From Macrostomum hystrix (taxonomy: Eukaryota; Animalia; Platyhelminthes): 64,000 nt of DNA. The notes below the pieces were generated by a model, which ran no database searches, was not told the DNA's origin, and saw nothing but the letters and a program-made list of their open reading frames with translations. Position 1 is the first letter of the stretch. Each line of letters opens with the position of its first letter. The DNA lies in assembly GCA_950097015.1 (NCBI GenBank), contig CATNEN010000038.1, positions 7,998,001 through 8,062,000 on the forward strand, written 5' to 3'. Positions 39,617 through 51,800 of the stretch are shown in pieces. The position numbers were made by a program, and so were the translations under genes.

Positions 39617-41404
39617 TTTAATAATACTTTAGCTAATAGTTACAATACTGGAACGTAAAGAATAGATAGACCAGCTAATATTAGTCAAACGTCCAACTAG
39701 ACACTAACTGAGTTATTTTTTGGCTTTGGATTATTAGCGTATGCTGTGGACGACGCAGTTTTAAGTTAAAGCTCCTGCTCGACACGAAAAATGTAATTAT
39801 AATCTCGTCACCTAAGCAACGGCCTATATGTTTGATGCTACTTAACGTTAGTCAGAAAAAATGTTTGTCGCGCTACGTCAAATTTTCCCACTCTCTACTT
39901 GTCTATCAACCTTGGCGTAATTTACGAAACTTAATTGGCTTGCTTCTCTGTCTGGATAATAATCGGTTCGCAGATGCACATCGATATGCATGTGTTTTAA
40001 CATGCTTGGACCAGCACCCTTCTGCGTGCAAATCAAGACAAACGCTCAATATTTGATCATCTTGACAGGCTTTAAAAGCTTTATTTGAAAAAAATTTCAA
40101 GGCTTCTCTTTTTACGAAAAATATAAGTCAACAGTTTCATTGTGAATAATGAAGTGATTGTACCTATTACAAATTTATTTTTAATTTTGTAACAAATTAT
40201 ATACTATTATAAAAAATTGTGTTCTTAAAAACAGAGATTTTAAGACCAAACAGCGGCTACTGTACGACGACATGGCCTCGACCACTATAGTACGACCAAT
40301 AGAGACCACTCGAACATCGGCAACAGAACCCTGAAGCTTCGTCAGGTGCTGAACGCCCCGAGTCTGAGTCCGGCCATGGAAATCGACAACCACAACAATT
40401 AAGGTGCCCTCTCCCGTGCTGTCCGCATAAGTAGGGTGCTCGCGTCGGTGCTCATGTTGTAGCAAATTATTATAGCCAATCAGCTAAGGGCGCTGGTCCC
40501 GATCCTGAGCCGGCACCTGCATTGGGAATTCTGTCTGGATAAAGGCCATCACTTCAACTGGTCTGGCCCAGTGGTCAGTGGGGCAGAATGCGGTCGGTAA
40601 AGAAGCTAGGGCACCAAATTGGTTTGGGTGAACCTCATTCAAGGGGGCAATTTCTATAGCCAAAATTAAGACGAAACCAACTGGGAGTACGTGAAGTTTG
40701 ACCGGGAGGACCGAGCATTCGGCGTGCAGGAGCTCAATCGGGGGGGGGCGAGCACGAGACTTTCTCGCCAAGCTTTTTCCGCAGGATCTTTCCTGCAGCA
40801 GCGAGGTTTTCCCGCAGCGAGTTTTCCCCGCGCCCTGCGCAGTTGAGGACAATGCGAGCCTCCTAGCTCTTGTGCAGTAAACATGGGCGCATATAATGGC
40901 ACAAAAACAGGGTACGATAGATTTATTAGATCCAAAACTTGTATACTCGTTTATTCAACTGAACCGGAATGAGTTTTTTCATTTCCATATATAACAGTGT
41001 ATTTTAGTTTTCGTTTCATTATTGTAAATACGTTTCTTTGTAAATGTTTTATATTATATAAAATGCGTAAAAATATATAAAAATTAAAAGCGCGCCAAAA
41101 AAACAATTTGTTTAACTTTTTACAGTAACAAAAATAATACTGTATATAAATATTTTGTTTCAATTTGTACCGTATGCACAATATTATGTAAAATGTTTCA
41201 ATTTAAACAAACGCTAAGTTTTACTGTATATATATAGCTGCGATTTTTGACCAAGAAAATAAAGTTGAGTTGATCGAGTTGAGTTGAGGTGAGGTAAAAG
41301 TGAAGAGTGAAGTTGAAAGTGTTAAGTGTGTGTTTCAAAGCAAATTTCGAAGTTTGAAGTGTTACATTGTGTTATTAATTTTAAGAGAAGATAGTAGTGA
41401 GAAA

Positions 41405-41500
41405 TATACTCAGAACCATACTCAGAAATATACTCAGAACTATACTCAGAACCATACTCAGTACTATACTAAGAATTATACTCAGAATTATACTAAGAAT
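41405..41500. repeat. 12-bp repeat (ATACTCAGAANN)n
   Basis: About 8 degenerate tandem copies. Confidence 0.8.
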
Positions 41501-41654
41501 ATTACAAAAGGGAAACTGCTAAACTCTAATCTCGGGGACGCCTATTTGACTGGAGACGCATACAGTTGCCTAAATACCGCTCATGCAAATTCATACGCTA
41601 CCATTTGAGAAGTTAAAACGGCCCATTTAAGGACCGCCAGTTAAATATCTATTA

Positions 41655-44400
41655 ACAACAACAACAACAACAACAAAGTACGCTGTCAGGTGGAAAAGGC
41701 AGCGTCACAGTGCACGCTTCAGAGCCTGGGCGCGAACAAAGGCCGCACCGCCGGCAGTGTCCGGGGCGCCAGCATCGGCCAGCAGGCAGTCGACGAAACG
41801 CCGAGTTCGGGCCTGGCCGCGCCGGTAGGGTGCCTGCAGCGTTAGCAGCAGCACCTCCTGCACCGGCTGCGGGCAGTAGGACTCGGCGCGGATGATGTGG
41901 CCTGCAAGCTGGAGTCGGCGAAGTCGCAGCAGTTCACTCGGACGGGCCAGGCCGGCGCGACGATAGAGTGCCGCGTTAGTGATCCGCTCGTCGCTGATCT
42001 TAAAGGCAGTTCGTAGCACCCAGTCAAGCACCAGGACGAACAGGAACGGCGCTAGAGTGTCCCCCTGGAGCACCCCGGAGGATGTCTCGAAGGGGTCCGA
42101 CAGGCCGTCCGGCGTCATCACAGCTGCTCTCGTAGCACAGTACAACGCCAGGATGGCGGAGATCAGCTGTTCTGGCACATGGTACGCGCGGAGCACATGT
42201 GGGAGCGCAGCCCTCGCAACCGAGTCGAAAGCCTTCATGAAGTCAATGAAGACAACGATCAGGTCCAACTGGCGCGTGCGCGCCTCCTCGATGATTCGGC
42301 GAAGAGCTAGGATCTGCGTCACTGTGCCACGGTGGGGCCGAAACCCGTTCTGCTCAGGTCGCAGGTAGGGATCCAGCACGGGTTGCAACCGCGATAGCAG
42401 CATCCGGTTGAACAACTTCGCAGCGCAGGATTGCAGGCAGATGCCTCGGTGCTCGTCTAGCCGCGTAGTGCCCGGCTTCTTTGGAATGGCGATAATGTGC
42501 GCCATGGTCCACTCAGTGGGTGCCACCTCACCGGAGAGCACGCGGTTCATCACACGGGCGACCTCACTGGCCACACAGTGGATGCGCAGCGCCTCGATGG
42601 GCACCTCGTCCGGACCCAGCGCCTTGCCGCCCGGCGTCTTCTGGGCGAGCATTACGACTTCAGCCATGGTGACTGGTGCAACGTTAAAACTGTCCTCTGA
42701 CGGCAACGGCGTCTCTGGCGGCAGCGTCAGGATGTTGGGCAGCGGGGGTGGCGGCGCGTTGACTATGGCGGCGAAGAACTCGCGTAGCTCGTTTCTGCGC
42801 TCATCTGCAGTTTCGCCTGCCAGATTCAGTTGGATGCGCCGCTTCCACCCTGTCAGAGCATTAATGGCGGACCAGGCCACGCGCCCTCTGGCGTCGGGCC
42901 CAGCGGCAGAGACGGCCCTGACAACTTCATCAACTGCGGCTTGCTGCCGCTGCAGATAGACAGACGCCAGAGCCTCCTCCGCCTCGCGAGTAGGTCGCCT
43001 GCTCAGACGGAGCTCTTCCAGATCTTCCCTCGCTTGCTGAATCGCGGGGTCGTCTTGCCAGACCGGCTGCCCACGCTGGGCCGGTTGCATCAACGGGACC
43101 GCTTGTTCCGCGGCGGCTCGTACTGCGGCGCTCACATCCGCGTACTCGGCACCTCCACGCTTGCCGCCGAGCGCAGTGATGAAGGCGCTAGCGAAGTGGC
43201 AGTGCGTTCCGGCGTCTTTGAGAGCGCGGTAGTAGCGCCGCGGTGGCCGCTTTGGCGGACGGTAGAGCGGATCGCGTAGCTCGAGGTCGCAGATGAGTAG
43301 CCGATGATCGGATCGCAGAGCCAGCGGCGTAATAGTGCGGCAGTTGACAGCGCGGCGGCGCTCACGGGAGCGCAGAAGCACGTGGTCGATCAGTGCTAGC
43401 CTCCGTGTAGCGAACCGGCCACGCGCGTTCCGCCGCCTCCGTTTGCAGCCCACGAAAGTCGCGAGCCTGCTTGGTGGCTTGCGGAAGCGGGTGTTGGCCG
43501 ACACCATATCCTGCCTCTCCAGGAAGTCCTCCAGCGCCAGGGTGTTGCCGTTCTCGCGGGGCGTCCCAAACAGCGACCGCTCGGACCTACGCGGAACCGC
43601 GTTTAGGTCTCCGAGTACGACCACCGTGTCGCGCTGCGCAGTCTCCTCCACGCGCGCAGAGAACTGCTCCAAGAAGTCCTGAGCCTCATCTGGGCGGGTG
43701 GCAGGTGGCGCGTACACGCAGAACAGGCGAGCATTCCGGCCGCGAAGCCGGACGTCTACCCGAAGCATCCGGGGGGACAGGGAAGAGCAGCGATAGCTCT
43801 GCTGCAGTCTCGGGCCGATCAGTGCTCCAACTCCTCCACGGCCTCGTTGATCCGCTGTGGTGTACCAGAGTGTCCAACCGGAGCCCAGGTCCTCACAGTG
43901 AAGTCCAGGCTCGGCTCTGATAGACACCTCCTGAAGTGCGATGACATCACAGCTGAGGTCGAGCGCTAGCTTCGCCAGCAACCCACTCCGCCAGGCGGCC
44001 TTGAGAGTGCGGCAGTTCAGCATCCCGACTCGAAGTGTGCCCTGTGGTGTGCTGTGAAGTGTGCCCAGCTGGGGCTCGGTAGTGTTGAGCCTCATGGTCT
44101 CCGGCGCCGCCCGGAAGACCCAGATGGACTCGCATGGCAGCAGCTCGGTGCGCGGCGCCACACGTTGCCGGCCTCGCCGGTTTCGCTCGCGTCGGCGCTC
44201 AACTCGCCGGTGCGCGCTCCGCTGCCCCCGCTTTGTCCTGCCGCTGTTGGCCGCCGCAGCAGTTAAGCGCGGCTCACCATCTTGACCACGAGGAGGTCGC
44301 GGCATTTATCTGCACCGAAGTGCAAATAAGTTAAGACTGCAAATAAGTTAAGACTGCAAATAAGTTAAGACTGCAAATAAGTTAAGACTTATTGTCTTAT
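41655..44400 (-). mobile_element. RTE-like non-LTR retrotransposon, single ORF 41705-44305 (APE endonuclease + RT) with an in-frame internal deletion
   Basis: APE motifs LNCRTL, ALQEV, VYAP, GDLNA, IDHV and SDH; RT motifs GPDEVP, RGICLQS, EQNGFRPHR, FIDFMKAFDSV and GVLQGDTLAPFLF. YADD is missing. There is a (GTT)n 3' tail at 41655-41675 and a possible TATCTAT TSD. Confidence 0.92.
44321..44388 (-). repeat. 4 x 17-bp repeat forming tandem splice-acceptor-like sites (TCTTAACTTATTTGCAG) just upstream of the LINE ATG
   Basis: Perfect copies at 44321, 44338, 44355 and 44372. Confidence 0.9.
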
Positions 44401-44413
44401 TATCTATAAAATT

Positions 44414-44662
44414 AAGGCAACAGCGGTGGGATCTTAATTAATAATTTTGCCCTGCAACAACTTAGGTGGCATTCGGTGAAATTAGATAATTAATTAGCTT
44501 AAGAAGTAAAGACCTGGTACAACTTTGGTGGCATCATTGAGATAAATACATAACAAAGAAATTAGCCCTATAACAACTTTGGTGACAGCGGTGGGATAGT
44601 TAATTTCCACCTGCAACAACTTTGGTGGCAGCGGTGGGATAGTTAATTTCCACCTGTAACAC
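44414..44662 (+). repeat. Array of five tRNA-Leu primer-binding-site-like motifs (ACAACTTTGGTGGCAGCGGTGGGAT) with variable spacers
   Basis: The exact TGGTGGCAGCGGTGGGAT lies at 44623-44640, with degenerate copies at ~44415, ~44457, ~44519 and ~44573. Confidence 0.75.
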
Positions 44663-47599
44663 ATAGTTTTGTGTTCTGGCAAAGGACAACTTAACGTACT
44701 GAAGTACTAAATATTACTATATACTAAATAAGAATTTTAGTACTATAGTAGTCCCTATTAGTTCTGGTATTTTGCCCCAGCTGTTTCTCGCCCCATACGT
44801 TTTTTAGTGCACTTTGGCCCCATTAATTTAGCATTTCAGAAAGAGTTACACAAAAGACCGTAGAATAATTGTACGTACATACAGGTATTGCATTTCTTCT
44901 TATAAGATATTGCAATTTGAAATTAATTTTCTCAGTTCGCAGCATTTATCCAGCCAAGCACCAAAACACAAACAGGAAATTAAAATTAGGATCCTCGACT
45001 CCATCATCAGAATGGGAAAAATATATATCGAAAGATATGTCGACAGGCTGCCTGATCTGCATGCATGTGTGCGGAAAGTAGACTCCTTAGGTTGACTTGA
45101 TCAGGTCAACCTGCATGCTGGCAGCCGTATATGCAGCTTAGGCGGAATGTAGCACAACAAAAAAACGAGCCCAAAAGCAGTGTATCCCATTGATACAATC
45201 GAAGATGATCGATCGATATGATTCGCCTTTTTGGCACATATTTTCCGCATCAATTCAAATTGCATTTCGTTTTTTACTTTAGTTGTTAAGTTATGTTATT
45301 GGTAAAATTATGTTATTATTAATTGGTGAGATGCACCCATTAAGATGGCTATACGTACCCAAATGGTGGTAAGGTAATTGTTTTAGTCAAGTGTAAAGAT
45401 GCAGAATCGAAGTGCGAATCCCAGGCCCACAAATCTCAGGAATTTCTGCAATTAAAAATTATTCCTGTTTGCGCAAAGCCATATAGCACAAAAACAGTGC
45501 CACAACACCTATTTGAGTAAGATCGAAAACTTACAGACTTAAAAAATTCAAAACTAATAATACTTTTTAATTTAATAATCTTGTTTTAAAATTTTATCGT
45601 TTCAATATGTTCAGGCCTAAAAATCAATTGGAAACGCAGTAAGTCGGCAGACTAAAGTCATGTCATTTGACATTTGAAGAGAAATAAAAACAACGAACGT
45701 ACAATTTTAGATTTTTTATGTTTAAAATTGCACTTTTCTGTATAAAAACTGTATAAAAAATTGGCAATGTTGCAAGAAAATATAGATAGTTCTGTAACTT
45801 AGAGAATATTTCTTGCTCGTTTGTTTTTCTGCTTTGCAATTTTGCACAATTTTAAAACATGTCGTTAACGACTCAGCCCATAATAAGTAGTATTATTGTG
45901 AATCACTCATGCTGGAACAAATGATTAGTAGGCCCTACTGTTGAAATCTGAATAGTTAGTTGCCGCTGTTGACGCAAGTTCCAACTCTTTGTATTCCAAT
46001 ATGTACGATACATCAAAATCAAGCGTATATATTGCGTATTATCACTATATGGCGTCATCAGGATGTTCAAGTTCAAATTTAGTTCTGGGGGAACCTGGGT
46101 CTTGCATTTATTAAAAGCCTAATGACTATGTCCTAGGCCAGAGATAATAATTCATAGCCTATGATTACGTATTATAGTTTATGGTGTGTGAATTGGGTCT
46201 AAAATAAGTTCAAAAGCTAGTTTAGCTTTATTTTCCTTTTTAAGTTTCTTACTTAGCCTTCCCAGTTCAGTCAATTTTTTGTACAATATTATTTTTACTA
46301 GGCACTTTACGACTTTAGCACCTAATACTGCTGGCTATAGCTAGCTTGACCTATTTATAGGCTAGTATAGAGTATGTGACTGTTTGGTGTTTACTTTTTA
46401 AATTAAACAAGCTTAAATAAATAGGTAATGTAATGTATCATCAACCAAACAAGAATGTGTATTTTTTAACTTAAAACTTAAGCTACAGATTTTCTATTTA
46501 AGATATGATGATAAATCAAAAGTCAAGTTATAGAAAACAGTTACATCTTTCTAAAAAGTATCCGCTTTTGCTATTTTGTCAAATAGAAAAAAAGTTATTC
46601 CTGCTTTTTATCTAAAACCGAACAATGATTTTCATGTATCTTCAAACCAAACAGAGAATTTGATGTTTGGTTTTATAATTTGAGTGAGTGGTTTAATCTT
46701 ATTATAAGGAGTGAACTATCATGAATCATGTCATTTGAAAGCATTTTTCATGTTCTATAAATAACTACATTTATGGTCATTTAATTGGCAAGCAACCATA
46801 TACAATCTTCGTCTAAAGTACATACTGAAAAAATGTTGTTAAAAAGTATGCTTTTGCAATAAAAATTTCTACTGAAACATCAATATCTTTTTTTCCTCTT
46901 AATGCTTCATTGCACATCATGCCTCAGCTTGTAGATAATTTCTTCAACTTTCAAATTTGTTGTTCTGTGAAACACAATAGCTTGTTTCTGTCTTGCACGA
47001 GACCAAGGAAGGAGTCAAAATTCTTGTTCGGTTTTGAAGATACACTGTTCGTTGATAATACATTACCCTATACTTGTTTAAAATTTAAATAAACAATAGT
47101 TGAACTTACCTATTGGAATAATTGAAATAGATATAAAAATTACGTGGAAAACTGAATTCAGAATGATTGAAAATGTGCTCTTTAGCCTAGCGCATAGTGA
47201 TTTGGATGCCATCTACAGATTATCAAGTTTTTCCATTCAGAAAGTTTTTATTCTATATAATGATTCCAGAATTAAAAAATCCATTTAAGTGACTCACTAA
47301 TTGCTGGCATGGTATTTTTAATTAACATCAATTATAAAGTTGGGTGGTCAAAAATACTACCTAGGCCAAATTTATGCAAATTTTCTCAAGATATAATCTT
47401 TCTAGAAATTGCTAGGCCTAGCATAGCTAACAGACATTACTTGACTATTGTGCCCTGCCCCTCTTTACTCTGCCTTGCCTTGTTCTACAAATGGTCTTAT
47501 GTGAGTTTTGTATGAGAAAAGTCATTCTCTTTACTAAAGCTTGAGCATAGTGAGTTATACCTTTCTTTGGCCTATCAATTTGCTAGATAGACATCCTAG

Positions 47600-47866
47600 C
47601 ATAGGCGTAGGAATGATTAAAAAAGTGGGGGTCCAAGGCCAAGGGGAGGATCCATTTCCCCGAAAAAAAAATCCCAAAAATGACAATTGTTATTATTTCA
47701 ATATTGCCCTTGCAGTAAAAAAATAGTAAAAAATAGTAAAAAATAAGCAAAAAGTCAACATTTTGCATTTCAAATGTGGGGGGGCTAGATCTCATTACTG
47801 GCCCCCCCCCAACTTAAAAAGTGGGTGGGCCATGGCCCCACTGTCCCCCCCGTTCCTACGCCTATG
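47600..47866. mobile_element. hAT-like MITE
   Basis: CATAGGCGTAGGAA...TTCCTACGCCTATG, with perfect 8-bp TSD CATCCTAG. Confidence 0.92.
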
Positions 47867-48870
47867 CATCCTAGGATAAAATGTTTCTAAGTAAACACTC
47901 GCAATTAGGGTCCAACTATACTACAAAAAAGAACATAAACTTTCTCTGCAGAACCTAGGCTATCTTATTATCAAAATGTATTGCTAGGTTTTATTTAGCC
48001 ACAATTAGCTGTTTTAGATAAATGTCTATTGTACTTGATTCTTTTAATGGTCATATTTCTAACTTACAAATGTGATGTGCACATGTTTATTAGATTGCTA
48101 GTACATTACCATCAATAGCTACATATGAAAACATTCCCGTGATATATGAAGACAAAGACACTTCAGACTGTCTACATTGAGAACTCTTAATTCCTTGGTG
48201 TTTGGGACACATGCCATTAAGAAATTATGAACTTATTATGCCCTCCATACCTACTCTAATATGTTATGAAGAAATATTTCATAAAGAAAATATTAAAAGT
48301 AATAAAATAAAAGCTCATATACATTTTCTAACTAGTTATTGTTTTTATATGCTTAATTTTGTAGCAAGTTAAATTAGAAAGCTTTAATGTCTATTTATTG
48401 TAGTTGTAACATTGTAGATATAATATAAGTTTAAATACATTAAAATAAAACAATAATGCAATAAAGTTTATAGTTGCTGATGCAAATTGAATTGTCTAAT
48501 ATTTATATACTGCAATATTTAGCTAATTCCTAATGTGGGTTTATTCTCATCTAATTTTAAAACCCTAATATTGATAAATCTTTTATTGAAAAGTTAAGTC
48601 AATATAATTCACATTGTATTTTTTGTTATTGACTTTCACCTTCATCAAAATTAAATAGTTTGCTTTTGTGTTTTGTGTAGGTACTTTAGAGTCCTATTTA
48701 GTTTCAATTGAAGAAAACAGTAAGTCACCTGTCAATCATGATTTTAATGGCTTATTTGCATTCTCTTTCAGCTCATCAAGCTATTCACTGCACTCATAGC
48801 TGTAGCATTGAATTACGCTCATAATCTACTTTGTTAATAAAGCAGTTCAAAGTTAAGCAATCGGCAAACT

Positions 48871-51800
48871 ATGAGCCGACTCATGCTTGACGACAGTCCG
48901 CCGCCTCTGTCCGCCGCCGACTCTGACGACTCCGCCGAGCTGCTGCTTGCTCGACGCTTGGCCCTCAGCGACAGCCTCGCCGCCTCCTACCCTGCCGCTG
49001 CTCTGTCCAATGCGCTTCGCGACGCCCCCGGAGCTGCCGCACTGGATGACGACGACCTCGGCACAGCTGATCCGCTTAGCCGCAGCTGCTTCGCCAGCCT
49101 TCGGGCTTCGCCTGGCGGCGGCAGCGCCGGCAGCGAGCTGGGCGATTTAGACTGGCTGGTGAATTACCGGCCGCCGGATTTGAGCAACCCCAGCGTAGCT
49201 GAGGATCTGGCCGCTGAGTTGGACGCCGCTGCCGCCTCGGCAACCGCTGCTGCCGCTGCTGCTGCTGCCGCTGAAGTTGCTGGTGAAATGACTGCTAACA
49301 GACGGGTGCGAGTTCGGGTTTTTTATCGTTTGTTCGTTGTAATATGACCTATGCGTTTCTCAGAATCTCACCTGTCTGCTTTTATGAATCTCACCTTTCT
49401 GCTGATCTAGGAATCTCACCTGTCTGCTTCTAGGAATCTCACCTGTCTGCTTCTAGGAATCTCACCTGTCTGCTTCTAGGAATCTCACCTGTCTGCTTCT
49501 AGGAATCTCACCTCTCTGCTTCTAGGAATCTCACCTCTGCTTCTGGGAATCTCACCTCTCTGCTTCTAGGAATCTCACCTCTCTGCTTCTGGGAATCTCA
49601 CCTGTCTGCTTCTGGGAATCTGACCTGTCTGCTTTTAGGAATCTCACCTGTCTGCTTCTAGGAATCTCAGCTGTCTGCTTCTAGGAATCTCAGCTGTCTG
49701 CTTTTAGGAATCTGACCTGTCTGCTTTTAGGAATCTCACCTGTCTGCTTCTAGGAATCTCAGCTGTCTGCTTCTAGGAATCTCAGCTGTCTGCTTTTAGG
49801 AATCTGACCTGTCTGCTTTTAGGAATCTCACCTGTCTGCTTCTAGGAATCTCACCTGTCTGCTTCTAGGAAACCTGTCAAAGTGTGTCAGAATCTCTGAA
49901 CCTGGCAAAGTGTGTCAGAATTTCTGAACCTGTCAATGTGTCTCAGATTCTCTAAACCTGTCAAAGTGTGTCAGAATCTCTGAACCTGTCAGTTTCCTAT
50001 CAGTTTATTAGAATCTCAGATATTTGCAACTCTCACCTTCCCCCACCAGGCCGCGGCCTCTGCCTCAGTGTCCGCCAGTCAGTTTCACAGCGACTACGAT
50101 CCCCAGCGTGACCGACTGCTCAAGCCGCCCTACTCATTCTCCTGCCTGATCTTCATGGCGCTAGAGGCGGCTCCTGGCAAGTGCCTGCCCGTACGGCGCA
50201 TCTACCAGTGGATCGAACAGAAGTTCCCCTACTACCGGCACGCCCAGAACGGATGGAAGAATTCCGTTAGACATAATCTGTCATTAAATAAGAGCTTCAC
50301 CAAGGTTCAGCGAGATGTGAGTGCTAATCATATACTGACTTTTTTAGTCCTAACTGATGGGGCTTGTAATCTAACTTTGAGGCACAATGAGGGTGTTAAA
50401 AGCTGCCTGATTATGAAGAATTCAGGACAAATGTACACTCCCTGTGTGAGTGCCTGAGTACGGGATCAGTGCGTGTGCTCAGGACTCAAAGGAATGGGTG
50501 CAGGTTTGCTGTCACCGAGTAAACCTCAGCCCTCCTACAATTATCCTAATTCTTTATTATCATCGATCCCAGATTGCATCAGCAGCGGCTTCCGAGTCCG
50601 CTGAAGTCTCTGACGATGACGAACGCGATGAGGTTCGAGTTCGCGCCAGTTTTGTTTAAATTCTCTAATGGAAATCGAATGATCCGATCACTAATCGTAG
50701 ATGTCTCTATCTCTATTACTCTGAGTAGTAGCTAACTGCGCATTCTGCGATTCTCATCATAGTTTGCGTCAAAAGTACACCGACTGGGTCGCTGTGATTT
50801 TTTAAAAACTTCACCTCACTTACAAGCTGGCTTTGCACTGTATAACAAGGCAACGTTTGAATTTATAAAATACTTTAGCGCTACAACTCCGCTACTATTA
50901 GTAGAGTTGGCGAAACATTCTATGCTGATTTACCGAATTCATTTTCGTCAAATCTTCCGCGCTCGCAGACGCCGGCCAAAGGCTCTCTGTGGACCATCGA
51001 CCCGATGGCTCGGGCTGGCATGCTCCAGGCCCTGAAGAAGACGCCATATCATCCATACGCCCAGGTGCAAATGTTTAGTGCCACTGGTACTATGTACAAA
51101 ACCTCTGGCAGCGGCGCTGCGGGCTTGAAACGGGAGGCTCGTAGCTCACCGCAGCCTCTGCAGCAACAGCAGCAGCAGCAGCAGCATGGTCCTGTATACA
51201 GTGGCCTTCTGGGCACAAACGTCCTTATAACTAGGCACGCCGCAACCATTGTCGACGACAGTGGCAGCACAGTCGATGATAAAGCAGCCACACAAGAGCA
51301 GCAGGAGCGAATGCAGTACCATCCCAATGTCAACAGTTTCAAAGGTCACGTGACGCCCAAGAAGGGACCACCGACATTGAAGCCGGCGCCTCCGCTGCTG
51401 CTGCCTCCGCCGCAGCCGCCGCCGCCTCTGCAGCCGCACCAGCAACAGGCGGCAATAAAATCTGAAGACGACCTGGCTGCTGACGATGCCACAGACGATG
51501 AGAAGTCCAAGCGGCAGCGCTGTCGCAAGCAGGACTTGCTGCCGTCGGCGCATCTCTACCCGTTTCTGGCGGCCAAGATGAAACGACTGGTCCACATTCT
51601 TGGCGATCAGGTGAGCAGTGGTGTTACACCCAAATGAAAAAAACTTCTTTTTTCTACTCGTGCAAAAAAATTAACAGTAGAACAACCAAGGGGAGAATTC
51701 CCCATGAAAGTTTTTTTGTGCTGTATCCGATCGGAGCAACGCAAGCACACGAAACTCAAGAAGACGGCCAACATTTTATTGCGCATCTTCTGAAACAATA

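Noticed and set aside
44414-44662. CRISPR-like repeat-spacer appearance
   Set aside because: The context is eukaryotic, there are no cas genes, the repeats are degenerate, two spacers are near-identical, and the repeat is better explained as a tRNA-Leu PBS.
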